Origin: Ylistrum balloti
Lineage: Eukaryota
Length of the DNA: 64,000 nt
NCBI RefSeq assembly: GCF_031769215.1
Contig: NW_026781917.1
Location: 2,170,001 to 2,234,000, forward strand
Direction of reading: 5' to 3'
Shown here: positions 36,878 to 48,800 of the stretch, piece by piece
How positions within the stretch are numbered: the stretch's first letter is position 1
Layout of the letters: the number at the start of each line of letters is the position of its first letter
Notes under the pieces: model-generated
Told to the model about the DNA's origin: nothing
The model's input: the letters and a program-made list of their open reading frames with translations, nothing else
The model's database searches: none
Position numbers and translations under genes: made by a program

Positions 36878-39800
36878 ATGACTTCAATGTGTACACGGAT
36901 CTTTCTAATAACCATGTATACAACCATTGTTCGAGGTAAGATGGCTGTAATATCTGATACTGAGCAAGAACAGAAACTAAAAAAATAATCTACATTGATG
37001 CATTCTTAAAAAAAAGTTCAATACAATTTGATCTTTGATTTTACTTAGGTTTCACATTCAATTTTCGCGATCGTTCCTGTTTGGTCTTGTTCAGGAGGAT
37101 TAAATTTAGCGATCCTTCCTGTTTGGTCTTGTTCAGGAGGATTAAGTTTAGCGATCGTTCCTGTTTGGTCTTGTTTCTGAGAATTAAATTTAGCGATCGT
37201 TCCTGTTTGGTCTTGTTCAGGAGGATTAAATTTAGCGATCGTTCCTGTTTGGTCTTGTTCAGGAGGATTAAGTTTAGCGATCGTTCCTGTTTGGTCTTGT
37301 TCAGGAGGATTAAATTTAGCGATCCTTCCTGTTTGGTCTTGTTCAGGAGGATTAAGTTTAGCGATCGTTCCTGTTTGGTCTTGTTCAGGAGGATTAAGTT
37401 TAGCGATCGTTCCTGTTTGGTCTTGTTTCTGAGAATTAAATTTAGCGATCGTTCCTGTTTGGTCTTGTTCAGGAGGATTAAGTTTAGCGATCGTTATTGT
37501 TTGGTCTTGTTCAGGAGGATTAAATTTCGCGATCGTTATTGTTTGGTCTTGTTCAGGAGGATTAAATTTAGCGATCCTTCCTGTTTGGTCTTGTTCAGGA
37601 GGATTAAGTTTAGCGATCGTTCCTGTTTGGTCTTGTTTCTGAGAATTAAATTTCGCGATCGTTCCTGTTTGGTCTTGTTCAGGAGGATTAAATTTAGCGA
37701 TCGTTCCTGTTTGGTCTTGTTCAGGAGGATTAAATTGAGCGATCGTTCCTGTTTGGTCTTGTTCAGGAGGATTAAATTTAGCGATCGTTCCTGTTTGGTC
37801 TTGTTCAGGAGGATTAAGTTTAGCGATCCTTCCTGTTTGGTCTTGTTTCTGAGAATTAAATTTAGCGATCGTTCCTGTTTGGTCTTGTTCAGGAGGATTA
37901 AATTTAGCGATCGTTCCTGTTTGGTCTTGTTCAGGAGGATTAAATTTAGCGATCGTTCCTGTTTGGTCTTGTTCAGGAGGATTAAGTTTAGCGATCGTTC
38001 CTGTTTGGTCTTGTTTCTGAGAATTAAATTTAGCGATCGTTCCTGTTTGGTCTTGTTCAGGAGGATTAAGTTTAGCGATCGTTATTGTTTGGTCTTGTTC
38101 AGGAGGATTAAATTTCGCGATCGTTATTGTTTGGTCTTGTTTCTGAGAATAAAATTTAGCGATCGTTATTGTTTGGTCTTGTTCAGGAGGATTAAATTTC
38201 GCGATCGCTCCTGTTTGGTCTTGTTTCTGAGAATTAAATTTCGCGATCGTTATTGTTTGGTCTTGTTCAGGAGGATTAAATTTCGCGATCGCTCCTGTTT
38301 GGTCTTGTTTCTGAGAATTAAATTTAGCGATCGTTCCTGTTTGGTCTTGTTCAGGAGGATTAAATTGAGCGATCGTTCCTGTTTGGTCTTGTTCAGGAGG
38401 ATTAAATTTAGCGATCGTTCCTGTTTGGTCTTGTTCAGGAGGATTAAATTTAGCGATCGTTCCTGTTTGGTCTTGTTCAGGAGGATTAAATTTAGCGATC
38501 GTTCCTGTTTGGTCTTGTTCAGGAGGATTAAATTTAGCGATCGTTCCTGTTTGGTCTTGTTCAGGTGGATTAGATTTCGCGATTGTTCCTGTTTGGTCTT
38601 GATCAGGACGATTAAATTTTGTGTATGTCTATACATAGGTATCCATGTTTTCAGGCATATAACATACATTTCGTGATATTTTGATTTTCTTTTGAATCCC
38701 TGATATTATTATCAATTATACAATAATAAGGTGTTTTTGTTATTAGATTACTCTTTTAAATGGCGTTTTTGCATGGCAACAAAATCTATCACATCATAGA
38801 TGACAAAATAATATAAAAATGGCGCTGTCGACACAAGGATTGTCTCTTAGTCTTTCATAGAAATGTTATAATTTCTTATTTTTCTCCAGTATGTTCGAGT
38901 TGTGCTTCCACGATAACGTTACAGGCGGAACATTACTCACAGACATTGGTGTCACTTGATACAACTCGAAATAAAACAGGGTGAGTTGTAAAGCTTATAC
39001 AAAAGGCAAAAAAATATCACCCTCCAAGATAAAATAGAGCCAAATGGTAAATTAAACAGCATCATAAAGCTGCTGTCTCCTTCTAGGAGTCGCCACTGAT
39101 GCTAAGAGCCTGTAGTGATCGAAAGTAATGTCAAAATCTAGATGTAAATATATACTATATTTCAATATTTCGCCAGATTCCTACTTTTCTAGCTCGTTTC
39201 TTAGGCCTCCAAATTTGACACTTTTATCACCAGTGTTCCATATAATTACGATATAACTGTATTATCGATTTTCCTAGAATTACGAAAACAGCTGTAACGT
39301 TGATATAACATTTTACTATTAAGTCTCCTATTTTTATATGGTTAGAAAGGATATCATAGTCAATACAAAGTCGAACTTCGTTATCTCGAACTTGTATAAC
39401 TCAAAGACTATTTAATTCTAAAAATTCCGGTCAAACTTAACACAAAACATTCGAACTCACTTATGTCGAATAATCGGATAACTCGAAATTTTCAAACGAC
39501 CCCGCCGACTTCTAGATAACGGAGTTTTACTGTAAATCATTTTAATTGAATATTGCATAGAATAATCTGTTTCAAATACATTGTCTTCACATTGATGATA
39601 GTTTTAATTCTCGATTTCTTCGGACCACAGGCCATATAGATGTTCTTGGCTGATACGAGCGTCCAACACAAGCCACCTAATAGAAATACAGATGTTAAAT
39701 GTCTACCTGTCTCCAGCATCGTCTTGTCAAATGGATAACGTCATCCTCTCCAAAGGTATACAAATATTACAATGATTGAATTTTACAACTGTTTGACCTT

Positions 39801-42800
39801 ACAATCAGAGAGGGTCAATTACGATTTTTATGACCATTTAAGTGAAGCAGTATCCATATATTCAACGAGATCCAGCACGTATGTTCAGCTGGAGAGGTGA
39901 AGAACAAAAATCAATTTGAATCGATTCCATTCGTCACCTCTTCAATATTCAAGATTGTTATGTTATAAAGAATGTAAAAAGTTACGATATGACGTCATTT
40001 TTGTAATGTTAATTCACACAAGAAATAAAACTATCTAGTTAAAGAAACGAACCTTTGAACAACTATGAGAAATATAACCATGACTAGGAACAGTAAAATG
40101 TCTGTGATCAATTTAGATAATTCAATAGTTTCATTGTTTATGTTAAACAAACAGAAAATGTGAAAATATTTATTTGAGTTGATGGCAATTTTACATAAAT
40201 TTCCAGTTATTAATCAAAATTAATTTTTATTTACCAAAATTATCATGTCAGATCGAAGGTCACTGACAACAGTATACATGTAATTATTTATAGGATGAAC
40301 AAATACTACCGAATTTTGTAGATATACCATCCCTATGAAACAGGACCTTTTAGAAATGTTATTCCCTTCTAACTTGTATACTATGAGAGCATATATACTA
40401 TTTCACCCAAAGTTTGACCGCAGAATTTATTGCTTTATTGGGGGTAAATCTGATTGTAAGCCTTTGAAGATAACAGCTTAAGTATTATAGAAATTCGGTG
40501 TCATGACGGCAGAAATGTATCTAATGTTGTCGAGTATTGACACTATCGATGTGTGACTCCTGACACTGGGAGAAAGTGATATAACGGACAAATCCTTAGA
40601 CTTAGTACGAAATCTAATCCTATAACTTCATCAGAACGCGTATATACACATGGAAGTGATTTTAAAAGCCTAGTCAGCTTGAAACATACTACACCTGCTT
40701 TAAAACAGGACATTTAAAGATACGTTTTAATTTAGAATGTGAGAGAGTGCGAAATATTTGTCAACAGATGAGAAATATCAAGTAAACGAAATATGCTATG
40801 TTTTAAAAGGACGAAGAAATCAATTAAAAAAATGCACGAACACTTTCAAAGTTGACAGAGCTATACATATTAACTTACCATGTTTGTTTATATCTCACTG
40901 GGTAGTAAACCTAGTGTTTCCTTGATCAGTAAACAAACGAGGACATGTACGTACTTTTAAGGACAATAATGTATTGCCATTTAGTTGTAATCATGTCTTT
41001 ATTGGGTCTTTGTTGTCTTTAAAGTCAAAGCTAATTTTACCGAAAGTAAACAAATAGTTTTTGTATTTATTGTCGCCATACGTCTGACGGATCGGATGTG
41101 TACAAATGTGAACATTTTTGTTGAGGGTGTTTCCCGTTTGTGTGTAATTTATTAAATTTTGCGATTCGTTGTAATAAGAAATTCGAAGCAAATTTAATAT
41201 GATACATCTATGGTGAAACGCTAATTTAATTTTGCTGGTATGCCGTTTATGAAGCATTTAAAATATGGAATGTCCAATTAATTTTATAACATTATCAAGG
41301 CTACCAGCTCAGTGATAAATCATATTTATCATCAAGGACCATATGGAACACGATTGATACTTCCATTGTGGCGTTGTAAAGTGTTCAGTGTTTGTTATTC
41401 GATCAGTACTACGGAAGTTGAGTGTTTACTTATACCAGGGCTGTTAAAATAGATCATCAGTTTTATTACAAAGAGTAATTTCTAAACTGTTACAGGTATG
41501 TAAACCTCAAAATATTTGTTTAACTTTTTTCATTGATTTCAAATGAATTTTAAGGGTGTGTGACATGGTTTCGTATTAGGACAAAAAACAATAGTATATC
41601 TTACTACTTTCATCATCCAAACCTCCCAGAGTTTGTGACGTAGAACAAAAGTAAGGGTATGGCTGTGGCTACCCCGCAGAGGTGCATACAAGTACATCGC
41701 GTCAGGTTCACCGGTAACACTGCTCAGGTGTAACGAAACCCTCCTAACGTATATATTCTAATTTGCATACCCTGTATAAAGTCAACAGCCGGTGAACGCG
41801 GCTGTAATCTTTCGTTCCTCGGCAAGAATGAAGTTTGGTGATATAAGTTATATTCCGTTTTAAAGTAAGTATCGAACTTTATATTTAAAAAAATACATGT
41901 AGCACTGGTACTCTGATATGATCTGAGAAATGATGTTTTAGGATAAAATGATCATGACATGAGTAAACAAATAGTTTAGATCTAACGCTAGTTTCATATC
42001 GCATAGATTAGAGCCGTTACCATCCATCTTTAGAGTTGAATATGTCTTGAAAATATTGTGTTTTGAGATAAAAGATATCGTCAAAATGGCAACGCCGAAA
42101 ACTGTTCTATGTATTTCCGTTGTGTGATATAAAGCTAGACGTGTGTGGTGCTCGTTAGTATGTCTGGTGGTTCCGTTGTGTGATATAAAGCTGGACGTGT
42201 TTGATGTTCGTTAGTATGTCTGGTGGTTCCGTTGTGTGATATAAAGCTGGACGTGTTTGATGTTCGTTAGTATGTCTAGTGGTTCCGTTGTGTGATATAA
42301 AGCTGGACGTGTTTGATGTTCGTTAGTATGTCTGGTGGTTCCGTTGTGTGATATAAAGCTGGACGTGTTTGATGTTCGTTAGTATGTCTGGTGGTTCCGT
42401 TATGTGATATAAAGCTGGACGTGTTTGATGTTCGTTAGTATGTCTGGTGGTTCCGTTGTGTGATATAAAGCTGGACGTGTGTGATGCTCGTTAGTATGTC
42501 TGGTGGTTACATTGTGTGATATAAAGCTGGACGTGTTTAATGCTCGTTAGTATACGAGTTGGTTCCGTTGTGTGATATGAAGCTGGACGTGTTTGATGTT
42601 CGTTAGTATACAAGTTGGTTCCGTTGTGTGATATAAAGCTGGACGTGTTTGATGTTCGTTAGTATACATGTTGGTTCCATTGTGTGATATAAAGCTGGAC
42701 GTGTTTGATGCTCGTTAGTATTAACATGTTGGTTCCGGTGTGTGATATAAAGCTGGACGTGTTTGATGTTCGTTAGTATACATGTTGGTTCCATTGTGTG

Positions 42801-45800
42801 ATATAAAGCTGAACGTGTGTGATGCTCGTTAGTATGTCTGGTGGCTCCGTTGTGTGATATAAAGCTGGACGTGTTTGATTCTCGTTAGTATACAGACTGG
42901 TTCCGTTGTGTGATATAAAGCTGGACGTGTTTGATGTTCGTTAGTGTGTCTGGCGGTTCCGTTGTGTGATATAAAGCTGGACATGTTTGATGTTCGTTGG
43001 TATGTCTGGTGGTTCCGATGTGTGATATAAAGCTGGACGTGTGTGATGCTCGTTAGTATACATGTTGGTTCCGTTTTGTGATATAAAGCTGGACGTGTTT
43101 GATGCTCGTTAGTATGTCTGGTGGTTCCGTTGTGTGATATAAAGCTGGACGTGTTTGATGCTCATTAGTATACATGTTGGTTCCGTTGTGTGATATAAAG
43201 CTGGACGTGTTTGATGTTCGTTAGTATACGTGTTGGTTCCATTGTGTGATATAAAGCTGGACGTGTTTGATGCTCGTTAGTATTAACATGTTGGTTCCGT
43301 TGTGTGATATAAAGCTGGACGTGTGTGATGCTCGTTAGTATGTCTGGTGGTTCCGTTGTGTGATATAAAACTGGACGTGTTTGATGTTCGTTAGTATGTC
43401 TGGTGGTTCCGTTGTGTGATATAAAGCTGGACGTGTTTGATGTTCGTTAGTATGTCTGGTGGTTCCGTTGTGTGATATAAAACAGGACGTGTTTGATGCT
43501 CGTTAGTATGTCTGGTGGTTCCGTTGATAACACTGCTTTCATTTGGCAAAGATTTACATGCTGGGAGTCGTCGAGAAAGCATAAGACACTTACCCTTCCG
43601 GAACACCTTATCTTAATCTCGTTGTTCTTTTTCATGAATTTTCTGGTAAATCTTTCTTTTGTTCATGGTTTGCTTTAGTTTCATAGAATTTGTGTTTGAG
43701 TTATGATTCCGTTTGCATTTCTATATTTCCTTTGTTTTGGGACGAAAGCCGCGTGGCTCCTTTTATAGTAAATTTTCCAGTAGCCATGCTGTAAAGCGTT
43801 GGACTAAAATATACGAGGTCATTGTTGGTGGTCAACCTGTCATCTGGATGTCCTGGCCGTTATTTAATATGTCACATATCTAAGACCGCCTAATAAAATT
43901 ATCTTATCAAAGATTTATGAAAAGGCATTGATTTAACGCCATTTCAGTTCACTGCCTACAAAAATTGACTACTTAAAGATATTTCTTGATATCTGATATT
44001 CGTCTCCGGTAGATTCCGTTCATGGTTTCCGTTACTCTTCTCCGAAAAGTTCCGCCAAACTTACACGACTGTACACCAAACGGCGTTATAACTTATAGAC
44101 AAGGGCTTTTAGCAACATTATGTTCAAATGCTTGTGTATTAGTATATGTTTTACCTGCAGATTTGAAGAAATATAGCAAATGTTTTGTGAGTACTTTAAT
44201 TGTTTCTCATTTTTTCTTACTGAAATATGGGAAATGGAACTGAATTAAGGTGATATTTAAATCATATTTATACTTCAAGTGTTATTTACACGTCGTGATA
44301 CAAGATATANNNNNNNNNNNNNNNNNNNNNNNNNNNNNNNNNNNNNNNNNNNNNNNNNNNNNNNNNNNNNNNNNNNNNNNNNNNNNNNNNNNNNNNNNNN
44401 NNNNNNNNNNNNNNNNNNNNNNNNNNNNNNNNNNNNNNNNNNNNNNNNNNNNNNNNNNNNNNNNNNAATCGGAAGGTTTTAAAGGTTAAAATTGTACACT
44501 CTTATCTCTTATATTCTTTATTGGCCTTGTCGCATTTGCATGCCCACTGTTTAAATCAAGTTATCTGTTGAATGTACCCAGATGAATGTTTACATTGTCT
44601 GAACTACAAACAAAAACACGAGAATTTGTTTCCTGAGTGTAGTCATATTAAAATAGTAAGTAAACAGTCATGAACATGTCATTGTTTGTTATGATGAACT
44701 TTGCCTCGTTAAAAATACACATGATTCTCGAAAATATAATAATTACGTTTTTATAGATAGTCGACAGGGTTAGAAGTTCAGCATCAAGCCAGAATTGGAT
44801 GCTTTCAAAAACCTTTTGTTTATAAAGTTCTAAAACTATGGCGATCATGGTAAGAAATAAATAAACTTTCTATTTCCAAAAAATCATATTCAAATGAAAA
44901 AAAGTTTTATGATGAGAATGTTTATTTACTAACTTTGGTTGTTAGTAAGTTGTGACCCTATTTTTGTGATAAGTATCTTGTGGTAATTTCTAGGATACGA
45001 ATTTTCTAATTCATATTATCATAATCCGTTTTGAAATCTGGATATGAATTATATCAGAATCACTTTCGTGTACTTTATCTAACCAGACGAAACGGTTATC
45101 ATTTTAAAAATATATTTTGCATTTCATATGAGGAGACAGATACTTCGTTATGTCAATAGGTAATGTAGTAAGGTGAATTTAAAAGCCACACCCTTTATAA
45201 CACAATGTCAACATTTATTAGCATTTCAACAGCGTTTCACACTTCACACTTTTATTACATTTACAATATCCCACAAACCTATGGAATAAATTCATCTTAA
45301 ATTGAACTCAATCTACAGCTCTGCGAATATATACAAAGACACATTTACACGCATGATTAACTTCGTCTGTATTTCTTCACTCTCACGCGTGAAACCTGCT
45401 GCTTCATGGTACATACATGTATGTGGCAATTTCTATAACGATAGATATCGAGAGTATGATATGATGACACACATCAAAGTACTGTCCACTGTATGAATGA
45501 ATAGCATAGCGCTGCGCTATACCAATTTCCTGTCACAATTATTTCCTCTGTCTTTGGACAGCAAACGATTCTAAACTGATATGTAACGGCATATATCCAG
45601 GGAAATAGTAATTTTTAGATGCAAAAGCTGATGTGACAAAGCTTCAATACAAATTTCTTTTACTGTCTTTTAACCCTTTTCAATATTTTTATCGCACACT
45701 TTGAAAAGCACTAAAGATGGCAGACTTTCGCGTTGTCAGTGTCAATATGATCACATTACATTTAAATGAAATACATTCTTTTAACTAAATTTTACTGAGA

Positions 45801-48800
45801 TGAAAACCAATTATAAAATAATCGACTGTATGTGAATTCATTATCTATTGAATGCTATAGAATTGGGCTAAGAATTCTTCGAGCCAATAAAAAGCCATTA
45901 ATTAAGGTAACCTGATCCGTGAGTTTGTTTGTTAACGCCTATGTCAATAGTCTGTATTTATCTCATAGATTAGACTGAGATGTAAATATTTAAATTGATG
46001 GAACGTATATATCAGAATATTACCTACTCATCAGGTGTAATCTGTCTTATCCTCTACCCCTGATATGGAAATGATTCTATTGATAACTCTAATGTCTTTA
46101 ATCAACTTTTACCTTAAGGAGCAATTTGAAATACAGTAAGTTTTTATGACATGGATAACATTGTTGAAATCTATCGCTCGATTTCTTTTTCAATAATGTT
46201 GTGCTCATCTACGTCCATACCGATATGAACGTTGGAACCTGTTCAATACGAATACACAGACTTTTATTTTGAAATCACTAGTAAAATAATATATGTATTC
46301 CTTAATATTTCATGTATTGGGAGTTTTAATTTCACCAGTTCCAATATGTTTTTGAGAATTTTTGTTGCTTCTTTAAATAATCTATCATTGAACGGTTTGG
46401 GATGAACAGAGCTAAAATAATGTTCCAAATACGTTCACAATGTTATGAATGTAATAGATACATGCATCGACAAAATAATCTGAAGTTTAATTGATGATCA
46501 ATTAAATACAGATCATTTTCTCAAAATTATAAATTTATACATTAAAACTTTGTTTCATATTTCTATAAGATTCTCGTCAAAATATTGGTATCTTCCTTGT
46601 CCATTAAGACAGTAAACATACGACGTCGTGCTCATTAACGATAAAGGACGCAAAAAGGCGAACCATAGTATGAATGTTTACATAGTTTGATATGTATGAG
46701 TCCTCTAATCCCTCAATGATTCTTTTCATATGCGGAGAAATGTTGAATTAAAGCAAATTACAGAACAACTAGGTACAGTGCAAGACGTTTTGCACAAACC
46801 AAATGCAAGTTTGATTACAACATGTCGAGTCTTGTATTTTTGTCCTTACAGTATTGTCCGCTTATATTACGGGTTTAATTCACTTTCAATACAAAAAGTT
46901 GTGTTAAACAAGAAATTCCTCTTATTGATTTCTCTTTAAAGAAAATATTTTATTGCATCTAACGATTTTGATTGTTTTAATTTATTCATAGTTATAAACA
47001 AGTTTGAAATTTGGAAATTGTGAGTTAAGCTAACAATTTTTCACACTGTTGACTTTCTCTCGGATAGAGAAGTCTCTTGTGGTGTTACATTGATTTCTTC
47101 TGTTATCATTATTAATACTAAATTGACAGCTTTATTTGTTATTATAAGAGTCAGACTGGATGAATGGTCATATCTTCGAGGCTGAGCGATCTCCTTGGAT
47201 TGTTTCCTTGGACCGATCGTTTGTATTACGTGTCAGCATAGGTAAAGAAGATACCAGTGTATTCGCCACATCAGGTGTAGAAAACAGCAGATATCAGAAG
47301 TATTGATCGCGTCAAAAGCATGTATATATACATAAAATGGCCCTGATGAATAGATAAAGTGTTATGTAGGGAACGGATGTTAGCGACAGGATAAATTTAT
47401 ATTGCTGGTGATTATCCTAGGCGTATTTTCCAAATAGGAATCAATGTTTCCGCGTAACAATCTTGCATATGATTATTCTTCAAATTTCCTCTTTTCATTA
47501 CTCATTACAAAAGTGTCTCGATAACAAAAAACATCAAGAAATACCAACATGTCAGCATAATCAAAATCCAAATTCAAATTACTTAAATCTAGGGCAAAAT
47601 ATAAATAAAAGAAAGACCTACATGTAGACTCATGAAAACGTGCAAGGAGAATAAGACCAGGTGTTCAGTAATAATAAGCATCAATTGCTTCATCGACGAC
47701 ACCCGCTTTGTAAACATTGGTTTATCTAAGTAAGTAATGTTACGTTCTCAAATGAGAACAAGGTATACAACAACGGAACCAACAGGCAAACTAACGGATA
47801 TCAAACACGACCAACTTCATATCGTACAAAAATAGAAGGATATACAATGGTATCACTATGGCGACCATGAAACTTTCCCATACAAAGGTAGAAGTGACAG
47901 AACACCCGTCACACCATACTCAACGATTACCTCCCCATTGTAAACACTAATAAAAGAACCCAATGGACATTGTTTTCAAAAACTGTCTTTCGACATTACA
48001 TAATCTCACCTCAACGACTGCATTTTCTCCTTTCTAAACTTCATGTTGTTTTCAAAGTAGCAAAGAATATATTTGTCACAAAAACAAAGATATTATTATT
48101 GCACGATGTTTATTGGCAGTATATACATACAGTTTATAAACAAACAAATCCGAGAATAAGTTTTCCTGGTTCGATTAAACAAATACGTTCGTGGACTTCT
48201 AACCTGTTTTATTTGAAAATGTGCCAATATTGATCAAGAAATACATGTCAAATAGATTGAATAAAAAATTCAATAAATACTTTCAAAATAATTCAAAGAG
48301 AAATCTTTGTAAGGCATGTTGACCAGATAGATACAAGGGCCTCTATCGTGCCTATCGTACAGTGTTTACAATGTACTGTACAATCCTAGTGTTTGTTTAC
48401 AAACTCAAAATCAATTAATGCTGGCAGCGATTGGATATGTTAACACTACACGGTGTGTTGTATACGTAACAACAAACAAAAATAGATCTGACATTTTCCT
48501 TTACTAATTACGAACACATTGCCAGTATTGAAGCTATAGGTAGAAACACAATAATAACAAATGTCTGTTTCATGTAACAATTTCATAATTAAACGTTTCT
48601 GTCGAGGTGATGATTACAACGGTCATTCAATCGTATACCAATTACGAGGTATGCGTTATCGTAGCATTGTATCATCTACACACGTGGGAATGACACACAC
48701 AATGCTTTCCCTATTAAAACATCTAGCAATATCTCTTCTGGTGCATGTTATTCAACTTTCAAGAGATTCTCTGAAAGATTATGTATTCAATGTGGTCGAT

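Noticed and set aside
37081-38676. 531-aa ORF (DRSCLVLFRRIKFS)n and its antisense ORF
   Set aside because: A 42-bp period divisible by 3 lying in an intron whose flanking exons join in phase without it.
41700-41800. 9-bp inverted repeat GTTCACCGG/CCGGTGAAC around an ATTTGCAT octamer
   Set aside because: Too short to separate from chance, and no ncRNA family was recognised.
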